A model generated the notes under the pieces. That model did no database searches, had not been told where the DNA came from, and was given only the letters and a program-made list of their open reading frames with translations. A stretch of 64,000 nt of DNA from Tubiluchus corallicola (Eukaryota > Animalia > Priapulida), in NCBI GenBank assembly GCA_030141605.1, contig JAQGDQ010002375.1, positions 310,001-374,000 of the forward strand. Direction: 5' to 3'. Every line of letters begins with the position of its first letter. Position 1 is the stretch's first letter. The position numbers were made by a program, and so were the translations under genes. Shown here piece by piece: positions 45,865 to 59,497 of the stretch.

Positions 45865-48186
45865 GAATGGATTCTAAACGGCGTACAGCTTTCATTCCTT
45901 TCACCTACTAAGTGCTTAACTTCTCGACAACTCAAACAATGACTCTCACTGTAAAATAATTGCCGAGAAGTCAAGTGCAGATTTGTTAACCCTGGAGTGC
46001 TGCCAGCAACACATCAGTCAATTTTTATAGTCAGCGCCGTTTATTGGAGATTGAGGTCGCTGTTTATAGTGCAGCAATCACCAAAGTTAGCGAAACTCAT
46101 GCTGCGCCAAATGAGAAAATGCACTCGTCAAAATAAACAAGATTTAAAGCTGTCTAAGCGGGAAAACTGCAAATCCGCGAGATTTTCGTGCAAATTTCGT
46201 AAAGCCTTTTTTCAAGAAATTGTGTCACACAATTTTCATTACTAGAGCAGTATCGGTTTCATTGCTTTAATGAGACTGTTCTTTTAAACATCGATCTGAC
46301 GTGTACTTTGAATAGGTATTTCTGGACTGTGGTATATGCAAAAGCAGCAAAACTGCCAGTTCTAATGTTGCGCTTGACTAAGCTGTACTTGAGTCATAGA
46401 TATAATATGGCTTGATTAGTGAACTAGTTGGGCAAATTAGGAAGACGGAGCAGAGGAGAGCAAAAAAAAGAGTGTGCAGATTACCAGAACGCCAGAGTTA
46501 TGGCGAGGAAATTTGTTGCTTTATTTTGTTAAAAGCTACTTGTTTTTTTATATCAGCTTTAATAAATGTGTTTTTAAACGAAGTTAGAAGTTTGTCAGCT
46601 CTACAAACTGTAACACTAAATCTAAAGATTCGCAAATTCGTCGCAATTTGAAGGTTTACATCAATATGCCAAAACAAAATCCCAAACTCAGCCCGAAATA
46701 CTAACCACCGAACCATTTCAACACCTAGTTTATTTTATAGCCTGCTAAAACGAGAGGAAGTAAATTAGTTCAGCTTTTTACTTTTTATTAAACAAATAAT
46801 TTACTTTTCTTTTACCTACGCAGTATTGGAAACAATAGATTTTTTGTTACGGGAGAAACAGGAAAGACCTAATGATTTGTAGAGCAAGTTAATGACGACT
46901 GCCTCTCATTCAATCGATTTTCTTGAATTTCGAATTAGAAAGATATTAATCAAAAGGGGCATCTTGCTGATGTAGGATTGAACCAAAGACAAGATAGATT
47001 AAAAAAATTTCATAGAATGATACACGCCGGCCCCATACTTTCGTGTTATTCGTGTACTATACAAACGTATTGTAAAATTGCAGGCTAATAATTAATGGGA
47101 TGTTACTTTCTTAGGCGAGCAACAAGTAATTTCATTTATACTACATTGCTGTACGCTGACTGCACCCCATTTTCCTTCTAAATTAATTTTAAAACTCCGT
47201 GGACCGCCTACGGTTTCTAGTTGATGAGTAAGGAATAATAGATTGCCTTGTCCGAATCAACAAGATATCTACAATTATTTTGGCTGAAAAGTCTAAAAAC
47301 ATACGAATCACGAAAGCCTGTTATTCTTATTGCGCTTTATATTATCAGTGCAATGTTTTCTGTTGCTAACAAACTATGTCTATCAGAGACCGATGTTCGT
47401 TTTCAAAGAATTTTAGTATCCTCTGGATTACTTTCCCGTTGAGGTGCCAAAAATTCTAGCTTGGTACTAGTATAAGTACAGAAACAGATGCCTAAGATTA
47501 TAATGTACCTGGTGAAATTCGCCAGGTAAAACTGTGAATAACACAGTTTTAAACCTGGAAGAAATCTATTAATAATGTGGCGTGCATGTCTAAAAACAAA
47601 AGCTGCCTTCAAACAGATCAATAAAAAACCGTAAACCGGAAAAATACTCGCAAACACGTTGTTTAATCGCAGTAGTTATTTATTTTGATTTTTTGGCCAA
47701 TTTTGCAACTTGTTTCTAACACTGACTGAGCACTACACTAAGTACTACAGATTCTGGGTTGGTTCTTGTGTGTCTATAGAAATGAAAACCAGATCATAAT
47801 TGCAGGTAATTATTTATGAATATGCGAAAATTACGAAACTGGATAACTAGTATCATATTAACCCAGAAATTGGCGAAACACTAAAATTATGAGAAGCCAA
47901 CAAATGGAAAAACGCAGACAATTATCACAGGTTTGTGAAAAACTTCGAGGCAATAATTATCACTCGCGGATTAATGTGGAAAAATGACAACTTAACACTG
48001 GGCGAAATGTATGAATATTAATAATTTCAGAATTTTAGGTATGAACTGTGGCAAGTCAGAATTAATTAATTTAGAATTTTCAATATCTAAAAACCAATCT
48101 GAAAGCAAATTAATTACAATGATGAACAATAATTCCCGATGAAAACCATAGGACGTTTCATGAATAACTCGCCCACTAATTTAATT

Positions 48187-48492
<306 letters not shown>

Positions 48493-50009
48493 TTTACGAG
48501 AGATTTAATTAAGTATTTAATTAATGGGAATTCACTACTCTATTTAGAATGACAAAGCATAATATGGCACGGGCTGGAAAAGTAAAAACCGTTATTACGG
48601 AGAATTAAAAAAATATATCAATCGTTATTAATATAATCATTAACGGTTAACGTACAGAAAAGAGAAAAAATAATATAATCATTTCTCCTTATATGTTCGC
48701 AGTGTCTTTGTTTTTATTGCTCTTATTTTTCCTTTTCTCTCTAACAATTTCTTGAAACTCACGCACTAATTTGGTTCAGCTCTGTCTTCTTTGTTATATA
48801 CATGTATGCATGATAGCTGCCTGGTTATTGGATAACTTCCGACGTTGTTACTGATTTGCATCTGTCACAAGAAACAGCTAGTTGGTTTGCTGTTTATTCA
48901 CAAGTGGACAGTGACAAAAATCGTTTTCGAGGTGACTCTCCACATGCCGAGACGTTATTAAATTTTCTATACAAAGAACAAACCACCATCACGAACAAGC
49001 TGGGCAAATAATGATAAATGTTCAGTGATTTATTATTGTAGAATTCTATTGCAATGGCGTGCATGTTTTTCAAAGCAGCAACACTCTTTTGTTTAACATG
49101 ACATCGTCTAAGCAAAATGAGAGTTTGCCAGCCTTTAAGATTCGTAAATATAATAAATTTTAACCTGATGAATACTGTGTATTACGTCATTTGAGTTACG
49201 AAGCTATTAACGCTCACAATAATTTTGCTCCTGAATCAACTAAGATATAAATCATGCTTGCATATATGGATATTTATACAGCGTATGTATAAGAGGATAA
49301 ATATACAATACTGTGCATGTGTCACCGGGCGCCATTGCATTTTCTCATAACAATCCTTAGATTGTCATAACAATGGCGTTTATCACATCCTGGTAATCAG
49401 CCTTGAACAGCGCCGTGAGCCAAAACTTCAGTGCAGTTCCTGGCGCCGACGAGCGCACTTCAGTGCTGAATCTAGTCTGCTTATATGCTTCATACTCATC
49501 TTATCCATGTTTGTTACATTTATAATAAAATGTTTCTCTAAAACCGTACTGACTGGTTTCGTCTTGGTGTTCATCGTTGTTACATATGTATTAGTGGACG
49601 AATCTGTAGGCCAACGAAAATTAATCATTTTCGCCTCTTGCAATCTGCTAATGGTCAGAATTCTTCGAAGCGAAGTTTGTCCATAACTTCTGGGAGTTTT
49701 ATTGAAGGATGAAGGTTAAAGTTTCAATTAAATGAGCGGTCACATAGTGTTCACATAACAAAAATGCTTTTCTTTAGTTATAATTCTTTCCATCTCTGCT
49801 ACTTAATTAATAATTAATATTCCTTGTATTGCAATGTAGTTTGATTTTGTATTTTTTAATATACCTTCTTTAGTTCTTAGTACCTTCTTAGTTGAATGTG
49901 TATTTAACAGTATTTCACCTAGACCAAGAAAAGTTTTACCTGTTTGAAAAGCACATATAATTGAAAATAAATTTTTTAATAATTTAACGTTTGCGGTAGT
50001 TGATAAAAC

Positions 50010-51070
50010 GCCACTGGCTGAACCAAAAATACAATATTAATCTTACTGACAGATAAAGTAAATTGTACTTTTGCTAAATTAGTGAAGTGCGTTACGAATT
50101 CTCTGATTGTTTTTCTGAAATTTACGCAAGGTTATGATTTAAATTTGTTTGTTTCAAATCACTTACTGTTAAAATGGCAGAGCTTAGCGATCAGCCCGGG
50201 AGTTTTTAGATAGGATTCCATGTACGCGTAAAGATAGGATTGCATGTACAAGTGATGCGTATACAACAGTTTGTATTTATATACGTGAAAGTGTTTTCAT
50301 GCGCACCTAATGCGTGATACGTGGTTCGTGTTCACTCGAACGTAATCGCTATCGTCAATATACGCATCGCGCAGCAATACGCTGAAAGGAAGCACCTGTT
50401 GCCTAGGTGATTTAGCGAGATTTCACGTTTCTGGTGATCATTTTCGCTGAATGGCTTCCTAGTCAGGTGGATTTTGGTCACTTAAGGACCTACGCACATT
50501 AAAGTTTCTTCCACTTGAGTTTTTGGGAGGTAGAAGCTTATAATTATATTGTTCTGCATCTAGTTGCAGTTCTTTCTCTAAGCGGAGATACACACCGTAT
50601 TGTTCTCTCCACTGTAAAATGTTATGCACCCAAACCTTTGCTGTCTTTTGAATTTCTCCGTCTAGTTAATGCCATCGCCGTTATTATTTCTTGGTCATTC
50701 TCGCGCTGAAATCCTCCCCAGGGATGTGGCTTCCAAAAATTACTTCCTATTTTTACGCATGGCACCCAAACATGGCGGAAAGAGCGTTGGGAGCTTTGCT
50801 AACACGCATAGAATTTACAACACACTGAAACAGTCAATACGCATCTAGGATTACTGAACATGAACCACGCGTTACGCACACATGGGGTCCTACATGGAAT
50901 CATCGCATTAGTACTAATACATGCTCTGCGCGCAATAAGACAGCATCTAGGATTACTGATCATGAATCACGCGTTACGCACACATGGAGTCCTAACTTAA
51001 ATTAAATGCTGAAGTTTGATACAGCATTGGTACTAATACAAGCTCTGCGCGTAATAAGACATCATCTAGG
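50010..51070. repeat. Dispersed repeat family D with an internal ~100-120-bp tandem duplication (50840-51070); related copy at 56664-56930
   Basis: aatcttactgaca.at.aagtaa.tt.tacttttgct and ctaatacaagctctg.gc..aataag blocks are shared with 56664-56930. Confidence 0.6.
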
Positions 51071-51744
51071 TCACAGACGATTTTTGTAGCTTTTGTGTAA
51101 GAATTCTGTTTTCTTGTCCTTTAACTTTTACGAATTGAAGTAAAGTTTAAAGTAAAAAATAATTTTCAAGTTTCTCCCGTGAACATGGTTACAGTTTATG
51201 TCTAAAATCATCCTGCACACCTTTAATTAGCTACATACGATCTTGGTTAAGCAGGGTAATGTGTAAATTAATGATCTACTTATTTAATTTAGAGCATACT
51301 TATTTTACTAGACAGAGGACCGTAACTCCCCTTTTCCCCTTTTCTCCACAAACAGCCTTCCCAAAAGAACGTTTGGCGTAAAATTGTGATTTATCTACTG
51401 AATTATTTACGCCATGCTTGCACTTGAAATGCTTTGAAGCTGATTAGGACGCTATAGAAAGGCAAAATAATTAGGAGCAAACGCACCTATAAACCTATTA
51501 AAGCAAAATGCAGAAATGGTGCTCTAAGACGTTTAATAAATGTCATCTATGCTGTATCGTCTCAGCTGTGTTATCTGGCAACTCCGAAAATACGATTTAA
51601 TACCGTTTAATCTTAGCTTCCTGCTAAAAAAAAATCATCCGTTCTAATTCCGTTGTTTAATTAAACCGTAACACACTAACATAACAATAACGTAAATGAA
51701 CTTAAGGCATATGTACATACTATACATATATGTGGCAGAAAACG

Positions 51745-51870
51745 ATATGCAAGGATTTTACAATTTTCCATACGGTTCGAATACCCTAAACCCTCGTCCT
51801 AACCCAGCCCTAATCCTAATCCTAACCCTAATTTTAATCCGCTTAACGAACTAATTTCTTGTGTGTGGGG
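51745..51870. repeat. Dispersed repeat containing degenerate CCCTAA arrays, copy 2
   Basis: Reverse complement of 32495-32660. Confidence 0.7.
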
Positions 51871-51964
51871 AATTGTAAACTTTAGCCAACGATATTACTA
51901 CTGTATTCACAAAAATGGCTAGACAGAGGCTGTTGTAAATTTCATCACTGCATTTATTTAGTAA

Positions 51965-52395
51965 CACAGTGACTGTATCTCGACACTAGGCGGAGGAGCT
52001 GTACAAGCAGCCAACGGCTAGAGGGCGGGGAGGTCAAGTGACCCAACGGCCATGTGTAGAGGAGTAAACCTTCCAAATCAGGAGTGGATCCCCGAAGGCG
52101 GACCAGTGCAGCATGCTCACTGACTCCGGCAGCTCCTGCAGCCAACCTGGTGCCAAACGTATCGCTCCGGTTTCCTTTGAACTACACCAGGAAGGAAGAG
52201 AGGGGGTTCCTGTTGTCTGGGCAACTCAGGATCTCCATACACCTTGCCCAGGCGTGCGCTCTGGAGAGGCCACTCCAGTGGATCAAGGATCGGACTGCTC
52301 AGCCACAGTCGACGCTGCGGCTCCATCAATTTGATCAATAACTGACTCTCTTGGCGCACACTCCATTGTCTTCCGAGACAGAAGGATGACAACAA
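51965..52395 (+). mobile_element. Non-autonomous RTE-derived retroelement (RTE 5'UTR fused to RTE 3' end) with 10-bp TSD
   Basis: GC-rich island bounded by TATTTAGTAA at 51955-51964 and 52396-52405. The 3' end ggcgcacactccattgtcttccgagacagaaggatg has a caa tail, and the internal ggagtaaacc...ctcctgcagccaacctggtgccaaacgtat blocks resemble RTE-clade UTRs (recalled from memory, not searched). Confidence 0.75.
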
Positions 52396-52699
52396 TATTT
52401 AGTAATAACGAATTGAATGAACGACTGACTGACTGATTAAGTGACTAAATGACTGGGTGACTAATTGACAGTACAGTAATTGAGTGACTGAATGGCATGG
52501 CTCACTATAGCTATTAAACTTAACAATGAACAGAAAGTAAAAAAAGCATACAAACAAAACAAACAACCAAACAACCGATCGAACCACTGATCAATCAAAC
52601 AAACAAACAATTAAAAGAAAATTCATTACAATCATCTCCGTAATTTTTGTGTTTAATATTTGCAGCATACGATTTAATTTCTAATTATACCTGTACCCT

Positions 52700-52999
52700 A
52701 ATTAGCCCGATGTACATGACGTTACGTTAGCTCCACCTGACGTTAGCAAGTGGCACGTCACACACACACACACACACGCACGCACGCACGCACGCACACG
52801 AGTGAGATCTATCTGACCTGCGTGACACGTCACATGCAGACGCATGGGTGGAAACGCACTGACCTGTCTCGTCTGGCTTCAATACTGAAGCTTACTTCTA
52901 CACCGCACGGTGTGTTTGAACGTGGTGTGCGTTTAACTGTGGTAACCCTGAGACTATTGTATTAAAATTTACCAGGATAAAAGCATGTGTGTTACTCAG
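52700..52999 (+). promoter_or_regulatory. Candidate promoter/first exon with clustered CRE/ATF-type sites
   Basis: TGACGTTA at 52717 and 52738, CACGTCA at 52754 and 52826, a (CA)/(CGCA) tract, then strong donor CAG|GTAAGA at 52999/53000. Confidence 0.4.
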
Positions 53000-54995
53000 G
53001 TAAGAGTTTTAAATCAGATTCCCCCAAAAATTTAATAACTTATTCTAGAACACACGAAAAAACACTTTAGCGTCGTTGGATTTTTGGAAATAAGAAACGG
53101 ACTTACTTATGATATAATTACTCAAAGATTAATTACTATACATTTATTCAAAAAATTCCAAGTAATCAATCTCACATTAGAAAATAAATACGAAAAAAGA
53201 GGAATCCGACGCAAAACATTTAATATTGCGAAATATTACAAGAAACAATTTGGATAAATTTTAATGTCTAAACTCTTCTTTTGCAAGCTAATTGCAATTA
53301 TTTTTTATTTAGAATTTTCCTCTTTCCATGATTCTTAAGTTTGTTCAACTAAAAACTATTTAGCGTCTTATGACAAGTCAACCCTTTAGCATGTCTCGAG
53401 TATACGTATTTGTTCAAAAGTTTCAGTCACTCAAGTGAGTGCCTGAGAGACTATACCTCAGTTAGTTTACCGGCTCAGCCAGTCAGTCACTCAGTCATCC
53501 AGTCTGTCATTTAACCATAGTTAGACAGTGAAACACCTCACAGACGCTTGTCATTTGTGACCAACCAGCAAAAATTCGGTTCAACAGCCGATTTATGGTC
53601 GCTTTTAATATAAATAACCGATCAAAAGACCTATAATGACGTCAAATTTTATTACTGACATCATTGGCGGATGCTAATAAAAAAAACCTCGTAACACAAA
53701 AATTTACGCTTGAAGAAACATTTAGACAGATTTGTAGCAAAATACATGCAAAGTCAGTTCTTGTCCTTGCAATATGTGAAGGATTTTCTGCCAGTCACAT
53801 GTCCGTTCCTTCCTTCTTGCGTCGATGAACTTTTCACTGCAAATCACTGACAAATGTTAAAACTTGGTTCACCGGTGGCAAAAAAGTTAGTCTTAGAATG
53901 AATTATTCATCAAGGCTTGCTGTATTTGAGATATACTGCCGCTTTCTCGCGAAAAAATGAAATCTCAACTAGCACTTATTGAAATAATTACTTTAGCATG
54001 TTTTTGTAGATTTTTAGTTATCAGAAATGCCGCTAGGTTGTTTTGTTTTATTAAAGCTGTATCGTTTGGTTTACAACTTTACGTAAATAAAAAATATTGC
54101 TTTTTCACAGAAATCATCTAGGTAATGTTTCACAACCACGGCACCAAATGTGTCATTATTGAAGTCAAAAAGACTGTCTGTATCATATAATATAAAAGAT
54201 GTATGAGTGGCCAAAAGCTTGCCTGGACAGCCAAAGATTATGGTATAGTGTCATGTGATTATTTCAATATCATTTTCTCGATGTCAACACAAAAATCCTA
54301 CTCCGTTCAGATCCCTAGACTTAATCAAGCCGTTGTAGACAGGAAACGGATTAAGTTTCGACAAAAATCTTGAACATTCTTCTTTCAATAACAGCGCAAA
54401 GGACAGAAATCATTATTCAAGCCATTAAAATTACCTGCCAGGCTGACTAAATGCTTTTCAACTGATTCTGTAAAAGCACGCGGGGCAATAGATAAACAAT
54501 TCAAATTTGCACAACGGATTCTGATTACGTAAACAACTTAATGCTCAGAATTTTAATTGCATTACACGCATTAAGTTGAAGCAAGGAGCATATAAAGCAT
54601 CCATGTGTATCATTTTGGTTAACGCGTTGTAAATAAAGCGCCTTTGCCGTATTTGTAAGCATGTAAGTTATCTCAAATAAGTAACGATAATGCTAGCGAA
54701 AGAAGACTAATAAAATGCTATCCTGAAAGGTTATAATTGCCACTTGCGTTGTGAAGTAGGTTCTATATGACCGTAGATTTTAACAAACAAGTTATTGTGA
54801 ATCTTGTCAGAGTTGTAATTAAAAGTGAGTTATTCTCGCTTTAATAACTAAGTAAAACACACTACAGGTAATTCTCAAAAGCAGTAAACTAACGGGTGTT
54901 TATTAAATTAGATTAGATCACGTTATTTTAACATAAAAGCCACATACAAAAAACATTAAAACAGTTATATCACGCATAAGAGAATAAATAATGTT

Positions 54996-55185
54996 CGCGT
55001 GTGGGTGCAAGTACGTGCGCGTCTGCGTGTGCGTGTGGGTGCAAGTACGTGCGCGTCTGCTGCGTGTGCGTGTGGGTGCAAGTACGTGCGCGTCTGCTGC
55101 GCGTCCGCGTGTACGCGTGTGGGTGAAAGTACGTGCGCGTCTGCGTGTGCGTGGGGGTGCAAGTACGTGCGCGTCTGCGTGGGTG
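54996..55185. repeat. CpG-rich minisatellite, ~34-bp unit, 5 copies
   Basis: gcgtgtgggtgcaagtacgtgcgcgtctgc(tgc)gtgt; gtacgtgc cores at 55011, 55045, 55082, 55129 and 55163. Confidence 0.92.
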
Positions 55186-57984
55186 TTCATGTGTACATGT
55201 GAAAAATGAAAATAAAAAATGGCCAATTTAAGACGAACAGAAATCTGAACGTAGATTAACAAACCGATATAGTAAACAGACTAGCCGCAGTATCGACCTC
55301 GCAACCATTCATATACATACTAGAACTAGCACTGCTCAACTTTAAAGATAGTCGTGAGCGAAGTCACAATGATTAACATACGCCGAACAATCGTCCTAAC
55401 GATGTGAAAAATGGAGACAATCAACTTTGCATGTAAGGCGAAAAGGACGTCAAGAAAAATGCATCTCAGGCGAAAGTCTAAACTCGACCAGAGTCTAAAA
55501 ACAACAATGGGAAAGTAACTGCGCGCTCCATAAATCTCTGTGACTTGGTGAAACCGTAAAACACCCACAACTCTTAAACTACTACAGAAAGCTCTAAAGA
55601 ATTCTCGAGTCGAGAAAGTTATGGGGAATTTATTGCTCACTCAAGATATATGACGTATTTCAGACATTAGTGGACAAAAAACTGGACTGGTATCATTGAA
55701 AAACAGAGAAGTTAAATGAGATTGCTACCATGCATTTTTCATGGACAGAGAAATTCTGGATGCTACCAGAACTCGTCATGAGAAACTTACAACGACTAAG
55801 AAAATTACTCTATAACACGAGTTCAAGATAAAGCGATGACAATAATACTGAAGTAGCAGATAAGGGACAGGTACTTTCAAGTATCTACTGTAGTGGAGAC
55901 GTCAGATACGCGAAGAAATAGTATCTCTGTGGTTTACTCAGAAGAGAAACAGAACGTTTTGTAGATAATTGCACAGGGATACAGTTCTGGGGATAAGACA
56001 CAGAAAAGGCCCTACTGTACATTATTGAGACAATAATCACGAGTTTGCGAGGGTTCAGAAAAAATTCACCTGTTTTTTTACCTAATGCTCAATTATGTAT
56101 GAGCAGTTTTCCCTTAAATCGTAAACAAACGGGAAACTAGCAATTAGATACGCGCGAATAATAAATGTAATATCATCTAATCAGGTTTAATGATGAGCAA
56201 GCAAACAAGATTGTCTCATGTTTCGTGTTTATCTGTACGCGTGCGCGCCAGGTTGTTACATTTTACAAGTAAATTCTCAGGTGATACGCTGGTAAATGTT
56301 GGGTTTCGGCTTCTAAATAACAATGACGGTTATGCACCACCTTGCTTTCCCAAGTTGTCGCTTATCATAGCTGCCCGAAAAACAGAAAGTTTTGGGTTCG
56401 AGTCCCAGTAGAGATGCAAAATTTTTAAGATTTTAAATTAGCATTGGTTTCGTGCGTTAACATGATTCAACCAGAAATATTAAAAAGGAAGAAAAGGTAA
56501 TTTAAAGTACCGGTATGTCACAAAAAACTTTTCAACCAAACTTATATTACTTAGCATTACGCGTACCTGCTTGAGAGTTATATAACTAGGAAAGAAAATT
56601 CTTAGTAATTTAAAATGTTTGCACAAACTGCTGAAATGTCACTGACTCACCTTCCCAATGTGCACCACTGACTCACCAAAAACGTATTTTTAATCTTACT
56701 GACAAGATGAAGTAATTTATACTTTTGCTTAGTTAGCAAAGCGTGCGGTAAGAATGCTCTGACTATTTTCTCAAATTTTACGCAATGTTACCTAAACTTT
56801 ACGCAAGGTTTCAAACGATTCACCATTAAAATGGCTGCGCCAGACTGTCACCACGGGAGTCTACATTTTCGTGTTTTATACAGCATTGCTGCTAATACAA
56901 GCTCTGTGCACAATAAGGCAGCGTGTAGATGATACAAAATTTCAAAACGAACTTTTCAAGCTTTATTTACGAAGAGTGTTTTTTGCGTTTTAAACAAAAG
57001 ATGTTGTCATTTGTTATTAAACGGGAATTCACTCAAAACTGAACGAATAACAAAACTAAAATTCCTAGACAACTAATCAGCAACAATCGATGTTTACCAT
57101 CACAACATTCTAGCTATTAAGTAAATCTTCGGGATCTAAAAACGGAAAGAGGAGAAACAAAAAAGACTGAAAACGAGGAGGATTTAGTCACCTTTGTGAC
57201 AAAAATGCGCTGATATTATGGTCATGCAACCAAATATCTTCTACAACTTGGAAACGCAAATGAGAAGTAACCAGGCGAGAAGAACTTGTGCTCAAGACGC
57301 AGAAGCAATCTGATTTTACGGGATATAAAACACAAACTCTTGATGAATAAACATCAAAAGTCTAGAAAACTCAATAAAGTGTTTATATAAAGAGTACAGG
57401 AAACATTGATTTTATGATGAGCACTGAGCACAAGGAACAACAGTCACGGACGGTTTGAGAGTTCAAGAAATTGTTAAAATTTCGCAGTTAAACGCACCTG
57501 CTCACAAAATAAATGGACTTGTACCACAAAACACCATTCCCTTTAAAGCAGGGGTTTCAGGAGTTTCACCTATATTGATTTTTCTTGACAACTTTGCAGT
57601 CTCGAATGCGAATTTCAATTCTTTATTTTCGCACACGTGCGAAAAGACAGAATAACAACAAAACACAAAAAATACAAAAAAATGCGAGAGCAACATATGA
57701 CTATTAAGTCCTTTACACGTCGCCCTTATTTACCATTTTTCAATAAGTTGTGACTGGATGAAAAACTATGAAAGACAACTCTAGTTTCTACGAAATATTA
57801 GAAATTAGAAAACTGAAGTAACAAAATTTGAAAACCATTACAGGAAAAGGTGATACGAAAATATAGGTTATTAAGTTAGATTGCGATAAACAAAAATATA
57901 ACAATCTTGTAAAATATGAGATGTATCATGAGATTATTAGCAATTTGCCACGCAGCTCTGGTTTATGGGAAACAAAATTTTGCA

Positions 57985-58185
57985 GGACTTCATAAATAAC
58001 GAATTCTTTACTAGACATTATGAATATTGCAGTCTTTATGAAACTTAATGAATATTGTACTCTTTATGGGACATTATTAGTGTTATGTTTACGAAACTTC
58101 ATAAATGTGTAGTCATAATAGGACACTAAGACAATTGTAGTCTTTTCTTATAGCATAACTATTATAAATATTATGGTCTTATTAT
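57985..58185. repeat. Degenerate ~29-bp tandem repeat
   Basis: Recurring atgaatattg.agtctttatg..ac.tt units. Confidence 0.55.
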
Positions 58186-58519
58186 AAGGGTGATCGTAGA
58201 GATCGTGTTTATTATGTAGAATGGGAAAAATGGATTTCTGCAAATTACTACTCTCGAGAAAAGACTAATTATTCTAAAAATGAGAATAACGGCTTAGAAG
58301 CGAGCCGAAGTATGTAAAGAAGAGCTACTGCATTCGTGGAACGTGCTCTACACAAGTTTTCTCCTAATCTGGAAAACACTTTTTTCGTAATTAATCGTTC
58401 ATGTCTCTGAAACAGCTGAATTCATAACAGCGTGTCAGTAATAAAGGGGATGTGCTTATAGGGGTATTTACAAAAATTAGGCAAACAATAGTGCCCTTTT
58501 GTTAGGAGCAAAGTTTTCT

Positions 58520-58615
58520 TTTATCTGTTTCTCTTCCCTCGTTTCTCTTTCTCCCTCTCTTTCTGTTTCCTTGTCCCCCTTTCTGCCGACTCTCTGTCGT
58601 CTCTGCGATCACCTT

Positions 58616-58661
<46 letters not shown>

Positions 58662-58752
58662 GCACGCACGCACGCGCACACTGTCTTCCTCTCTTTCACA
58701 CAAACTAATTGCCGTTTTGTTACTCTGATTCACTCACTCACTCACTCACTCA
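58520..58752. repeat. Compound CT/(CA)n/(CGCA)n/(CACT)n microsatellite
   Basis: Seen directly. Confidence 0.9.
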
Positions 58753-59127
58753 ACCAGTCTCGTACTCTGGTAAACTGTTAATTCAACCTCTCAACTTCAA
58801 TAATTCTCTTTTCCAGAATTAGCTTGTAATTACATTGGGCGAAAAAATAGGTTGTTCTATATTTCATTGTTTTAATTAACGTAATAACCGTCACTTAATA
58901 AGTGCATATCTGCCAATTTTAGCTTGACAAGACCTTCTTAACTTTTTTCGCTAACGTCTCTCGTTTTCAGAGCTCTTAAAAGTTGACAAAATGAAGTAAA
59001 GAGCTCACAAATAATTACTCACTAAGGCTGAAATTAAAGCTCTTACTAATATAGTAACGAACTGACGTAATATATTGATAAAATGAAAAACTGTTAAATT
59101 TTATCCGTTGTGTAAATAAACGACCAC

Positions 59128-59497
59128 CAGGGCCGGATTATCCTGTAGGCTGCAGTCTAGGGCCCTTAAAACTTGGGGCCATCAAGCTTTGGTAACATTT
59201 GGTAACAACATCAGTTTTTTTCACTACGGTTGTGTTAGAACGTGCTAATTTGGTTTGTAATAAATAGTAAAATAGTGGTATTTTTAAGGAATATTTTTAC
59301 TGACAAACAAAAGATAGCTATTTTAGTTTATTTTAAGAATTTTCAATGATATTACTTCATGCTGTGTAAATGTCGCTAAAATATATCTCAAGTATAAACT
59401 ATTCAAGACGGGTGCGTGTGAGTTAAAGGGTGGATCCGTGTGAAGAGGCCCATAATTTCATTAACCTAGGGGCCCAAAAGGTCACAATCGGGTCCTG
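59128..59497. mobile_element. hAT (Charlie-like) MITE
   Basis: Ends CAGGGCCGGATT / AATCGGGTCCTG; ACGACCAC at 59120-59127 and 59501-59508 (8-bp TSD offset by 3 nt); gggccc subterminal motifs. Confidence 0.7.

Noticed and set aside
51954-52395. Four overlapping 63-92-aa ORFs
   Set aside because: They fall within the GC-rich TSD-bounded retroelement and show no protein similarity I recognise
54918-55262. Several overlapping ORFs (HAHAD/TRTR/CVCV-rich)
   Set aside because: Produced by the minisatellite; open in many frames with no domain
55640-55900. Possible Penelope GIY-YIG remnant (DKGQVLSSIY-like)
   Set aside because: Too short and interrupted by stops; no intact hammerhead core found nearby
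56645-56670. Minus-strand ...CAT TGG GAA G|GTGAGT (HWE, phase-1 donor) as a missing WDR7 exon
   Set aside because: In-frame TGA 7 codons upstream, weak acceptor, abuts a dispersed repeat; the duplicated TGACTCA looks more like AP-1-like or repeat sequence
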